Shown in pieces: positions 51,651 through 64,000 of a stretch of DNA of 64,000 nt (positions are counted from its first letter, which is position 1; every line of letters starts with the position of its first letter). Made by a program: the position numbers and the translations under genes. The notes below the pieces were generated by a model. It ran no database searches. It was not told where the DNA came from and saw only the letters and a list, made by a program, of their open reading frames with translations. This DNA is from Rhizophagus irregularis (lineage: Eukaryota): positions 6,448,001 through 6,512,000 of the forward strand of contig NC_089429.1 of the NCBI RefSeq assembly GCF_026210795.1, in the 5' to 3' direction.

Positions 51651-54600
51651 AGTACAATAAATTCGCACCATTAGCTAATACGATTCAAGATTATCACAAA
51701 CAAAGTGGGCCCATTGGGACATCAAAATATCATCAAAAGCTATTCAGCCAGAAGATGGGCATGATATACAGGATTATTCTACCCTTCTTTTTTCCTTTCA
51801 ACTCATCCCATCTCTTTTAGCTTTGGCAATTTTCCTCCTCCTAGATTTTCTCGCCGAATTAAATCTTGGAGAATATTTATAATCAGGATATAAAATCCCG
51901 ATGCTAATACAGTTAGACCTCTATATAATCACCCAGTAAATTGATTCCTATATAGTCACAACTCTTCACATTATTAATATTCTATTCAATTTCTTCATAA
52001 TAAATCGATATTTCTGACGAAGTTAACGCCATCATCTCGTCCATTTGTCTTTTATTCAATATCAATAAACTTGAAATTATACGTGTTATTCAAAGATAAC
52101 ACATTTGATCTCTGATTCTTAAAATTAGAATATGAAATATTTAAACTATTAAAGGACATTTGGTGTATGTTATGTCCTATTTTGTATTGTTATGAATTTT
52201 CAGTATAGATAAAGAGAAAGCGATAGTGTTTTTTTTTGTATTACTCATATTACTGTATAACGTCAAGAATTCCTTTGTAAAATTAGAAATAATAACTTTA
52301 TATCGTTTTTCAATTCTTTGAGTACCATTCGAGAAATGAAATGTCTTTAAAAATTTTCATAATTAAGCAGTATTCTTTATTATTTTATAGTTATGTTAAG
52401 TGTTTTTAAATAAAATTTTTTTGTAGTGGCATATTGAAAAAAATTAGGGAATAAAAAATCCCAATAACTTCATCAAAGGACGTTCGATTCACGAAACTGT
52501 CGAAACTTATATAATTTCGAAAACTTTAAAAAGTCTCGTGCTTTTTTTTTTAAAAAAAAAAAATTACTAATAAATATTCATTTGGAACCTGCTGGAACCA
52601 AATAAGATATACGCAAAAATTATTAATAAGATACATTTCTTGGCATGTTTCACAAATTCTCAATTATATACTTCTTTATTCTTAAATTCCTACATAAATT
52701 CAATAAATGAAAATTTATACTATTACTATTATATATTTTCTGTTATATACTATTGACTGATATTATAAATAATATAATATTATATTTAATGTAAAATAAT
52801 ATATAAAAAAATATCAATTTAATGTAAAATATATATAAAAAAATAAGGTTATGGTATATATTAAATTATTAAATTATTAATAATTATATACAGTATTTAC
52901 TAACTCCGTTATGGATACGTTACGTAACCATCATACTTTAAAAGATAAGGAATTATCAATTACCCAGATGGAGTAAATTTGCAGATCCCGGCTAAAACCT
53001 TTCATAATTTTGGCCAAATTCAGATAACGTTAGATTTCCTTTTTTGTTTCAAAACGAAGTATGGTAAAGAAGTTCTATAGATTTGTTCCAGACCTTTAAA
53101 AGGAATTACACAAGAATGCAAAGAACAATAGGATCATCAAGGCGTCAATTTAAACAGGTAATGAAATTCTGTAAAAGGAATAATAAATAGGGATTAAAAA
53201 TAACTATTTTTTGTTTCTTTATTATAAAAATATATTGTTTATTTTAAATTTTTTTTTAAAATCAATTCATTAAATGATATAATTTCAAATGGAGTAAACA
53301 TATGTGAAACAAGTAAATAAATGTATCGTATGATTTTTTTATAAAATTTTACAATGAATTTTATTCAACACAAAAGACGTCATAGAAGCTTTCATAATTT
53401 TTATTAATAATAATTTATTTTACTTGATTACAAATGACATTAATTTAATAATATTTTTAAAATAAGCTGCATTTCCAGAAACTCCGATGCATGTTGACGT
53501 TTCAAAACTGGTCACTTGTTTAGACAATTTTTTTTTTTTTTTTTAAAAAAGAAAAAAAAAGACCAATCACAACGAAGTAATTTATCAAAGAAAAAATGGT
53601 CAATGAGAATAAATTTAGATAAATTATTTATTTATTTATTTTTCTAAAAAAAGGGGTTTGATTTTTTTTTTTAAAAAAAAAAGGATATATCATAAAATTT
53701 TGGAATTCTACGTTTTTACTATTGCAATCGATCGTAACGTGACGACTGTGACGTATCTGCATTATCCGTGACATTGATTTTACTCCGCAGCCAAAATTAA
53801 TTAACATGGTGCAACATCATTTCGAGATAAGACACGAAAATCGGTTATATTGATCGAGTGAATTTTTGAAAAGTTATCAATTAATTATGATTATTCTGTA
53901 AAGAGAGAGGACGTTATTCCCGTCATTTAAAATTTATTGCAATGACAATCGTTATCGATCTAAGGTATATTAATTTATAGTAACTTTTTGGGATTTGTCA
54001 AATTCTTAACCAATCATTCTGAAACTCTCGGTTCGCTATTCTTAACAGAAGAAATGGAGTAAAAAAAGTTCCACATCAGCCAAAATACCTGGATCATATA
54101 CCGCAGGGGCTCGTTCAAATATTCATTTTTTCTAACGATAAGAATGTTGGTGTGATGATTAAACAAATCTTTTTGAATTTATGAGACGGTATTAATCGAG
54201 GAAGCTGGTGATGCGAACGAAAATTATCTTCCATATTTTAAAAGACTTTATTTTTAGGACATTAAAAGCACTAAAATTTCCTTAGATAATATAGAGACGA
54301 AAAGAAAAGGTTTTCTTTCAATATTTATTAAACTTAAGTGTTTTTATAATAAATATTAAATTTTTTATAATTCTTTCTAATGAGAAAAATAGAGACAGAG
54401 AAAAATTTTTATTTTAAAAATTTTTTATTATTAAGATAGAAGTTGAAGTGTTTTTTCAATCATTATGAAAGAAATTCAATACTAATCATAAGAAATGGTT
54501 AGTGTCGAAGAATTTGGTAATCACCAATTTATGTTTTATGAATTTATGATGAAATGATCCTATGTAATTGACTGATGGTGATCCCCAGCATTCCCTTCTA

Positions 54601-57600
54601 AGCACGTTTGATCTATTTCTTCAGATGATGTTACAGCCTACACAGACACCGAAATTGAAGGCGATGAACAAGATTCAAATTATAGATATGAAGACTAGAA
54701 TAAAATGCGTGAAGTAAGTAGGAACAATATTATTATCCATTTTTTAATTAATTAAATTTTTAATAATTCCAATAATTATTATAATTTTTAGCCTTACAAA
54801 AAAAAGGGAATGCATTAAATCCCGGTTATACTAGGAAGGCAAAAGATTTTAATCGAAGCCAGTAAGGTATCTCACCGTTTGATGGTCGATGTAAAAAATA
54901 TTTTACAATGTACAGTATTTGTTACAATTGTAGCATCAAGTTTTATACTGGCATGTGAATCTATAGAATATGATGTTCCGTTCCATTTCCAAGTATTTGC
55001 TAGATATAAAAGAATGTTCAAATGGTCACGTTAACAAAAAAAAAAAACTACAATAAAAAATAATTTCTATTACATTATTTTTAATTTGAAGGAAAAAATT
55101 GTTCTTTTAATACTAATAAAGGATGTCATGACGTAACCAATCTGTGACAATAGAATTACGATCAATGAATCGTACTTCTAATCGATCGATAAAACTTCTA
55201 AATTATAAAATTCTTTATAGGAAATAAAAGACGCATTGACTATTTCAGTATTTCCTATATTAAATTTTTTTTACGAAAAGATGAAAAGCTATTTCCTTTA
55301 TATAAAGAGAATCGATACAACGACTATGCGGTACGAATTTCACGATAAAGCGATTTTTTTAAAATTTTTTATATATGAACATATAAAAATCAAACTTATA
55401 TCGAATTCTGACTGCAATATTTTTATTAGTTTAACTAATTTATTATTTTAAATTATTAAGAAATTATCATTTGGGACTGCATCATTAATGATCTTGGAAT
55501 AGAAATTTATTTTAAATTTCATTTTACTTAATTAATATAATAGATGTGAAATTATATCACTGGCGATAATTCGAGGTATATCACAGGCCAAATTTATTGT
55601 TTTCATTAAATGAATAAAAAAAAAATATTTATTAACTTAAAAAATTGGTAAATTTTATTAAATTTTAAGCCATGAATGAATACGCAAAAATTAAATTTTA
55701 AGCTAGAATAAATTCCTATCCTATAATCTATTTTTAAGTCATGAATGAATACGCAAAAATTAATTTAAAATACAATCATGTGGGATAGTCATTTCTTTTA
55801 ACTATCCCATAATAACTTTCACCTAATAAATTATAATCTAAAATTTTATGTCGATAACTTGATTTCTTAGAAGATGTAGGGATCAAATTCTAATATTGTT
55901 CTATGCTATTTATATTTTGTCTCCTGACAATTTTATTTGGCATATTAAAGTCAAGGAAAGACATTATTAGATCGAGGCAAATGGAAGTATTATTGGAAGT
56001 GGACGGGTATTTTGATGGCGGATAATTTTAAAGAATGAATGTACTTTTGAATCTCGTTCTGTAAAGTTGGATTTACAATAAGAATTTGAAAAATAGTGGC
56101 AATATACTGGTGATTTCTCCACAGTATAATCTCACTGTTGTAATTAATTATCAAGCCATATTTTCCCTTAATACCATTTGTTGTTTTGGCATAAAATGAC
56201 ATTATATAATTTTCAGATAAGGTAAAAGTCAATATTAATGGGGTAAATTGCTTCCACAGGAAGAGTATAATTAAGGTCTATATAATTGATTTGACTGATT
56301 TGACTTGTTATTTATTTATCAATCGTAGATGGAAATAAGGGTTCGGTATGTGGTGGGAATCTTTTTGCTACCACCATCAAAGAATGTAGCTTTCTTATTC
56401 CGCACCATTAATCAATTATATAAGTTATCACTATATTGACTTATTTTGACTATAATCTCCACTTTTTGTTTTCATAAGAATGTCTCAGCGTTATGCTAGA
56501 GACGTTATTAAGATTATAGTGAGAAGGAATGTGAATTGAGGGAATGAACAATTTATGATGAATAAGTGTATCTGAATTTTTTGAATTTTTGTTTGTTTTT
56601 GTAAAAAAAATAGTTTAATTTTTGAATTTCTTTTTGTAAAAAAAAAAGTGATTTTTTTTGCCATTTCTCCAGTAATTTAATTTTCTGACCCTTTTTATAA
56701 GAAATTAATTATTATTATTTATCGGAAGTCGGGATTTCAAATATGACATACGCGTAATTGTCGTGTATTACATCAAAATGCATTTGAAAGAAATGTTTTT
56801 CCTTTTAAATATATTATTAAACAAAATACGTCATTGCTTTATAATTAATTTAGAAACATAACAATAAAACTTATTTTCAATATGCTTTATTGTTAACAAA
56901 GAATTTCGGATCAAAATTCCGAATGCGGGTCACGGAAGGGATCACATTAGCTAATTAATATTCCAAAAATGTAAATAAAAAAGAATGTCTTTATGCAAAA
57001 AGATGCGCGATAAAGTACGACTCATTTTCTCCCCCCTTTTTTTTTTAAAAAAAAAAATTCTAAATTATAATACAATTTTAATGGGCAAAGTTATGTAAGT
57101 ATGTGATATTTACTTAAAAATTTCCAACAGTCCAACTGCAATAATTGCAAAATAACCAAATAGATTTCGGCATAATAAGAAATAAAATAATTAATTAAGA
57201 ATTATTAATAGATTATAAAGTGAATAATTGAATAATCCAATTTAACATAATTTTTTTATAAATATTTTTATTGATATATAGAGGTTATTATGATCTGCGT
57301 GGCGACCGTGGTTGATTACTGCGCCGTAAATCTTTCATAACTCTATACCCGATCTACGAAAAATTTATATAGTGATAAAGTAGAAGAAAGGTTCAAAATT
57401 GCGTGATACAATTTTTATTTTTTCAAAAAAAAGCCTTTTTTTTTTAAAGAAAAAAAAAGAAATAATTTACCTAATTTGTTCACATTGACTCTTTTCTTTG
57501 ATAAGATGCCTTTTTTAGGTTCTTTATTTATTTTACTTTTACTTTTTTTTTTTGAAAAAAAAAATAAAATAATATTTGTCAAACAAAAGATAACAGAATG

Positions 57601-58548
57601 ACCAATTCTAAAACGCCAACATACATCGGAGTTCTTAAAAAATGAAATAATTACTAAATAAAATATCATTTGAAACCTATTAGAATCAAGTAAAAATTGA
57701 CTAACCTATTAAAAATTTTGATAAAAGTATTTTTTTTTTGTTGTACTTAATAAGTAATAAATTCATTGTAAAAATTTTTTTAAAATTATGCAACAATTTA
57801 TTTGTTTATTTTTATGTTTCACATATGTTTGTACCAATTATTCTATAATCAGATTAAAATAAACAACATATTTTTATAATGAATATTTTTTTTTTAAAAT
57901 CACTTTTAATCGTTCCTTTTACAGAAATTCATGTCTTAAAAAGTCTCATGAAAATACGCCGCCGATGATCATATTGTTATACAGCATTTTTTTTGCGTAA
58001 TTCATTTATATGCCTAAAACAAACATATGGAAGCTCTTTTCCATCGGTCGTTAAAACGCGAAAAAGGAAATCGTCACGTGACATCCGGCCAAAATTATGT
58101 TATGTGTTCAGCCAAGAATCTGCAAATTTTTTAAAGCATTATAGTACAATTATAACAAATTTTATGCAGTGAATAAAATGATTATTTAATATTCCAAGGC
58201 AATTTACGTGTACACAAATTTGGTTATAAAATTTTGTTTAAAACATTTTCAAATGCATCATACAATAGTAATAACTGAACTATTAAACATTGATATGATA
58301 TAGTTTATTACCAATAGCATTTATGGAATCACACATACAAAGAATTTTAAACGTTTTTTTAATTTGTTGTTTTTATATTACTTTTTATATATTATAAATA
58401 TGTCCATTAATTTCATTAAAAATTTTTATTTTATTTATTTGATCTTCAGAATTTTGCGTTTTTCCAATGAAGAAAATGAACGCGATTTTAAATATTGGCA
58501 GCAAAATGTTTGATATTTGACTTTCTTCTACTATTTAGATTTCCGAAT

Positions 58549-58928
58549 TAGAGTTTCAAACCAGGGTTATTTTAACCTGTAATATATCCGGTTTCCTCGA
58601 AAATTGCAGATTGCATTTTTTTTTACAATTTTTAGTAAAAATCTGCGCAATATTGCACAGTTCATATTTTTTATTTTTTCGAAGATTTTTTTTTATAAAA
58701 TCTTAGATAATCTCCAAAATTGCAGATTTTAAAAATATTTCACACAAAAATCTTTAAAGATCTTCATGAAACGAAGGAACTGATCCTTCAGTTTTCAGAT
58801 TTTCAGATTTATTTATATATCCGATTCCTTCGTTGTATCCAGATTTGTTTCTTCATTTTATTCGAATTTAATTCAAATCGGGGAAACCAGATTTAAATCT
58901 AAAGATCGAATACCGGTTCCAGCATCTA
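58549..58928. mobile_element. Aged hAT-like MITE
   Basis: TAGA...TCTA termini with degenerate TIRs (tagagtttcaaacc / ggttccagcatcta). Flanks ttccgaat (58541-58548) and ttctgcat (58929-58936) match 6/8. Confidence 0.55.
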
Positions 58929-59204
58929 TTCTGCATATAAACTCATGACAATGTCCATCGGCGGTTGTAAAATAACCATGTGACAAAACTATTTAAAGTA
59001 GATTAATTGAAAGTTTAAAATTGAATGTAATATAACATTGTTCACTCTATCAAATATATGCAATTAAAGCGTGTTTACAATGTTGTATATAATAAATTAT
59101 TGCGCATTGACCGTATATTTACAATAGTAAATCATTTTAACTGTAAATTAAAAAGCGAAGAATATTTTACTAAATTTGTTCATATTATTAAAAAACAAAA
59201 TGAC

Positions 59205-60121
59205 ATGACCAGATGATCAATTCTAAAACGCCAAGCACACATCGGAGTTCTTAAAAATATAACATTCTTTTATGGTAGTTAATAATTAAACATGATCAAG
59301 TAAAATTGATCAACCTATTAGGGAAGTTTATTTACTAAAGCCATGCAAAACGTTTATTCGTTTATTTGATATGTTTCATATATATGTTTGTACCAACTAT
59401 GTTTAACAGTTAATAAGCGCATAATGAAAAATTTTTAAATCATTGTTGGTTAATCCTTTTTTAGAATTTCATAATTAAAAAAAATTTCCGAAATACGCCC
59501 TTGATGATCATATTTGTTATGCTGTACTTTTCTGCGCACTTCATTGTTTGATTGTTTCACGTGTTATTATTACGAATTTTGTTATTTTGAAAAAAACTGT
59601 TCTTGTTAAAATTTTATTAAATTTTAACTGCTGCACGGAACCAATTAAAATTTAGTTTTAAAAATCCCATAAAACGGTAGTACAATTTAATAACAATATG
59701 TTTGAACCAATCATACAGAGAATAAAATGATTCTTTATAAAGGAGTTTAACGTCCGCAAAATAAGATATATAAAATTTTGTTTGGGTAACTTCCGAATAT
59801 ACTATATATATATAGATTAATCGGTTAACAGCTAATTAAATGAATATATTATTAAGAACAAAGTAATTTAATTAATTAATTTAATTAATTTACGCATAAC
59901 CATTTTTGGGTATAAAGCAGTATTAGTCGTAAATCTCAGAACACTGTAGACTGGGTCATTTATTGTAAATATCTTTGATGTTATGATAAATCTCATTGAC
60001 TGTTTTATCGAAAAATAGATATATAAGCGCCTAAATTTATTTCATTTTTTTTTCAAAAAAAAAAAATAAATAAATAAAATTTCATAAAATTATCCCCAAA
60101 AAACTTTTCAAACTCGTTAAA
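59205..60121 (+). promoter_or_regulatory. Conserved multi-box upstream module and TATA-like element of the HMG-box gene
   Basis: Boxes aattctaaaacgccaa..catcggagttctt (59219), atcaagtaaa (59294), atgtttca..tatgtttgtacc (59371) and atacgcccttgatgatcatatt (59494) recur in other copies in the window; tatataa at ~60022. Confidence 0.55.
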
Positions 60122-60592
60122 ATGGCAGAAATCAAATTTTCGACCGATTTCTTGGCAACATCTCTAATTGAGAAATTAAATAGGAAAAATATTTTTCCTC
60201 CATTATTCAATGATCCTGAATCATTCGTTCCGACTGGAAGATCAAGAAAGCCTTCTAATTCATTTTTAATATGCAGACGAAATGTTTGCAAAGAGGCGAA
60301 AGGAAAAGGAACTTATAATATGCGTGTAATAAGCAAAGCAGCTGCTTTATTATGGAACAATGCAACTTTTGAAGAAAAAAAAGTTTATAAAACGATAGCC
60401 AAACGCGTTAATGAAATTCATGAGATAAGAAAATTAACTTTTAATTTTAAAGTTAAATTAACAGCCCAACCTCCGAGAGCACCATCTATTTCTCATCAAC
60501 TTCATTTACCTCCTATATCCTCTATTCTATCCTCTATGTTCGAAACACTTCCAAATTCCGATCAGTCAAATACTGGCACGCAATTTATGTAG
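60122..60592 (+). CDS. MATA-type HMG-box transcription factor (156 aa)
   Basis: RKPSNSFLICRRNV...MRVISKAAALLWNNATFEEKKVYKTIAKRVNEIH matches the sequence-specific HMG-box pattern P.N.F...R...IS......W......K..Y...A; N-terminal KLNR.NIFPP segment; TATA upstream. Confidence 0.92.
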   Translation: MAEIKFSTDFLATSLIEKLNRKNIFPPLFNDPESFVPTGRSRKPSNSFLICRRNVCKEAKGKGTYNMRVISKAAALLWNNATFEEKKVYKTIAKRVNEIHEIRKLTFNFKVKLTAQPPRAPSISHQLHLPPISSILSSMFETLPNSDQSNTGTQFM

Positions 60593-61579
60593 TTTTATAA
60601 TAGTTTTCTTTAAAATTTTATTCGTTTATCAAATTTATTTTTTACTTGTTGTTTACAATAATTATTATTTCTTTTTATAAATGTACCGAATAAATTTTTA
60701 TATTTTTTTTTAGCTCATTGGGAACATATGCTGGCCGAGTGGAGGGAATGTTTTATGTTTACGTAAATCTAAATTCCATAATAAAGCATCGATCCCTATT
60801 CAAATTTAAAAAATTTATTATAGTATCATACGAGGGTGGCAATATGATGCCATTATTATCGTAAGACCTAATCATAACAGAAAAACTTATCTAACAACGA
60901 TAATTTATCCGATGCTATAAGTTTTAATCGATAACATATTGTACGGTGGTATTTTAATACATTGGTTACCGTCACTTCGTGACGGTAACCAATATATATA
61001 CAACCCCTTACAATATCCATAAATTCTTATACCTAAAAATTTTTGGTGATACATTCATTCATTGCTTTGTTGTAAAATATACTATGATCTTTCTAATTAC
61101 GATTTGAGAAAATTCAAAATATTTCATTCGAATTTTTAGGATTTATCTCCTTTCTTTTTTTTTAAAAAAAACAATAATACGAACAGATACTTAAACTATT
61201 ATATGGATCTTTCTCAAAATTACAAGATCGGTCAGAGTTATAAAAAAACATTAATGCATAATTGTCTAACTGGATAAATGACTTAATACTTCCATTTTTT
61301 AAAAAATTTTTTCTTAATCAATCGTGAAGATAATAAAAACCAGCTAATGATCATTTATTAAATCACATGGTTTCACATAATTATATAATATTATCTCAAT
61401 AGCAGGTAATTTTTATTTTATTATTTTTTTTCGTTATAAAGTAGAATTGCTTCGCGCTCCCAAATATTTTAAAAGTATTATGTATTAGTATAGTAAATAC
61501 TATACATTAGAAAATTAATTACACTGGCGCCTAGTACTTAACCACTAAGAATATTCGAAAATTTTTATAAAACAGAAAC

Positions 61580-61732
61580 GTAGTGAAGTAGGCGGTGTAA
61601 TTGGTGGTGAAATAGGGTGTCGGTGGTGGTGGTGTGAAGTAGATGGTGTAATTGGTGGTGAAATAGGATGTCGGTAGTGGTGGTGGTGGTGAAATAGGAT
61701 GTCGGTGGTGGTGATGGTGGTGGTGGTGGTGT
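61580..61732. repeat. (GGT)n-based compound repeat
   Basis: tggtggtgaaatagg(a/g)tgtcggt x3 and tgaagtag..ggtgtaattggtggtg x2, ending in (ggt)n. Confidence 0.85.
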
Positions 61733-62759
61733 ATTATTTATTTATTTATATTTTTTTATTCAATAAATAAAACAACATACAATATCTATAGTGTAAAATG
61801 ATAGATGGATAATAAGATTATATACAGTATGTCATCACCTTTGAATCTCGTTAAAAGCAATTAAGTATTGGATAATATCTGTATCTGCATGTTTAATCAA
61901 TGATTCTTCAAAAGATGTCTCAAATGATTCATTTTAAATAGAATATTTTTAATTGAGTAATTGTCAATTAATTTAATGATTCCATAATTAGTGATGGTAC
62001 AACCAAAATTAACAGTAAATTTTAAATTTGGATCGGTAGAGACACAACAATGAAAAAATTCAAGTAAGAAAGTAGCATTCATCTTATGGAATATGATGTT
62101 GGGATAGAAAGATGAATAAACTTTGAACTTCTATTAATGAATAACTTTTAATGCCTCATTTTTTATAATAGGGCTGGAATTTTCAACTTATTAAATTTTT
62201 TATAAGCGATAAATCCAAATATCTGTTGATGTGTTTTTGTAATAAGATTAAGATTAATTCTAAATATCTAAAGTATTACATTGAATAATATAATCTTGAA
62301 TTATTTGTTAAATATTGAACAGAAGATTTCTTTATAAATTGGTACCACTGTTTCACACCAAGTTCTACTATTGACACAGAAAACATGAATAGAGGGATTT
62401 TTCTAACCCCTTAAATATTAGGAAGAGTACTTCTTCAATGAGACATGACATTCAAGAAAAAAAGAAAAGACGGAGACGAAAAAAAAATTTGGAATTTGCC
62501 TTTACTTGTTTATTATAATAATGACAAAGAGTATTATTTGTACGCCAATATTAGTCTGAAGTGCAACGAAGAACTTAATAATCTAATATACGAATGTTCG
62601 GATATCCGTTCCTAATTGCATATTTTTTTTCTTGCGGTCCACTACTTCTTCGATTGGCATGTGGCTAAACATGTGATTATAGATATAAATTAAAACTATA
62701 AAATTAGTTCATTTGACTCTGAAACATGGTATTGCTTAGAACATGATCTACACAAAAAA

Positions 62760-63350
62760 AAATTCCCTTATAAAACTTACCTCGGGACGCGAGATTTTAC
62801 GTCGACCAACTCCGACGCACAGAACTCCGACGCACGGTCAATCGTAATAAAAAAGGCAAAGGCATTAAAGAAATTCACAACAGATCTGAAAACCTCCCGG
62901 TGAATTATCGCCGATTATACTACAAAGAATACTCTTCGCTAAGTTTCGACGTGGTACGCTCCAAACAACAAGTAGAACGATGGAACTGCCTTACGCACTT
63001 GGTCCTCAAACAACACACCGTCTTAAACCCTTATGACAAATTGAATCCGACTATCATCAAATGTATCCAACAAGTTCCGGAAAAAGATAGTCCGAAGTTC
63101 AAAGAACAAAGAACACACCGCTTGGTATCGACACATAACCGACGTATGGATGGATATAAATCCTATAACACCACTTGACGTCACTTATAAAATCTCGACA
63201 CAAAACTGAACAACTCCTATCACCACCAAACCTTTTCCTTCGCCGTACACCGCCTCCTGACGATAAATAGATCTCCACGTTATTTGATGATCATACAATT
63301 ACTTCTCGCGCGGAAACTATTACGTCCCCGCCTACACCTCATCATGATTA
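62760..63350 (+). mobile_element. Probable retroelement accessory-ORF relic
   Basis: Locally GC-richer, AC-biased broken coding sequence (RLYYKEYSSLSFDVVRSKQQVERWN); assigned by resemblance only. Confidence 0.35.
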
Positions 63351-64000
63351 AATTATTTTTTTAGAAAAACTAACACCGGCGCGCCGGGATTTTTCCTTTA
63401 TGTAGAATTGGCATCAAGGATAAGGGAAAGTAAGGGACGAAAGGAAGTGAAAGGAAGGGAAAAGGGGAAGGAAGGGAAAGGAGAACGAAGGAAGGGCTAT
63501 ATGTTTTGTATATCCCTCAGTTCTACGTCCATTTAATAAAAATAAAAATAAAAATTTGGCTATGAAATACGTTTTTAACTTGTCAGCCTTCTTTGCTACC
63601 ACGTCACTTAATAATGAGTATCATTGAGAATCAATCTCATCCCGTGATCCAACTGATCCATGTAGTTTTTTGTGTGTGTCTAATGAAGTCGAGCTTCATC
63701 GTTCGCAATATAAGTAAATCATATGCGTAGTTTAACGGCAAACTCGCACTCGCCAAACTGTCACTGCTGTCTTTAGTTGCGTTATACTTAGTATCAAGGA
63801 ACTGTTTTTAGTTGCCATGTTGAAAACTGTCGACCATTTTTTCCCCTTTACTTCGATTTTTTTGACGAATCTCACGTTTTCACTCCTTTGGACCACCACT
63901 ATCTGATGAATTAAGAAATTTTTTTATTACTCAATAAACCTTACTAGCAAAGACTTTTTTTTTTGGCAATGGTAGCCACAGCAAGTGATACACTCCAAAC

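Noticed and set aside
54040..56560. Coding-like relics at ~54050-54870 (+) and ~55850-56500 (-)
   Set aside because: Probably pseudogenes, but too broken to assign a frame or product from the sequence alone.
50085..60291. ORFs 50085-50384 (-) and 60082-60291 (-)
   Set aside because: Antisense shadows of the small gene and the HMG gene.
60122..60592. HMG gene as a mating-type (sexP/sexM-like) locus
   Set aside because: MATA-HMG genes are a large expanded family in AM fungi, and the triose-phosphate transporter and RNA helicase neighbours of the Mucorales sex locus are not seen in this window.

Overview
Very AT-rich eukaryotic DNA with short GT-AG introns. The gene families and repeats look like an arbuscular mycorrhizal fungus (Glomeromycotina, Rhizophagus-like); this is an inference from family resemblance, not a database result. 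Few genes look intact: two divergent, paralogous F-box/LRR-like genes (38749-40194 -, 46913-48361 +), a MATA-type HMG-box gene (60122-60592 +) and a small two-exon gene of unknown function (50064-50524 +). The rest is mostly transposon debris. It includes several decayed non-LTR retrotransposons and a near-intact 5.3-kb TGT...ACA Ginger-like DNA transposon (12097-17397) with a six-exon integrase-type transposase, nested in a LINE and itself carrying a hAT MITE. About ten MITEs have readable TIRs and target-site duplications, and there is a CpG-eroded AT block. Three structures are not explained by ordinary annotation: a multi-box non-coding module present six times (once directly upstream of the HMG gene), a tandem run of look-alike introns with branch-point hairpins separated by micro-exons (27610-28480), and an old inverted duplication that created the F-box pair together with its promoters. 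No CRISPR, rRNA or tRNA was recognised.
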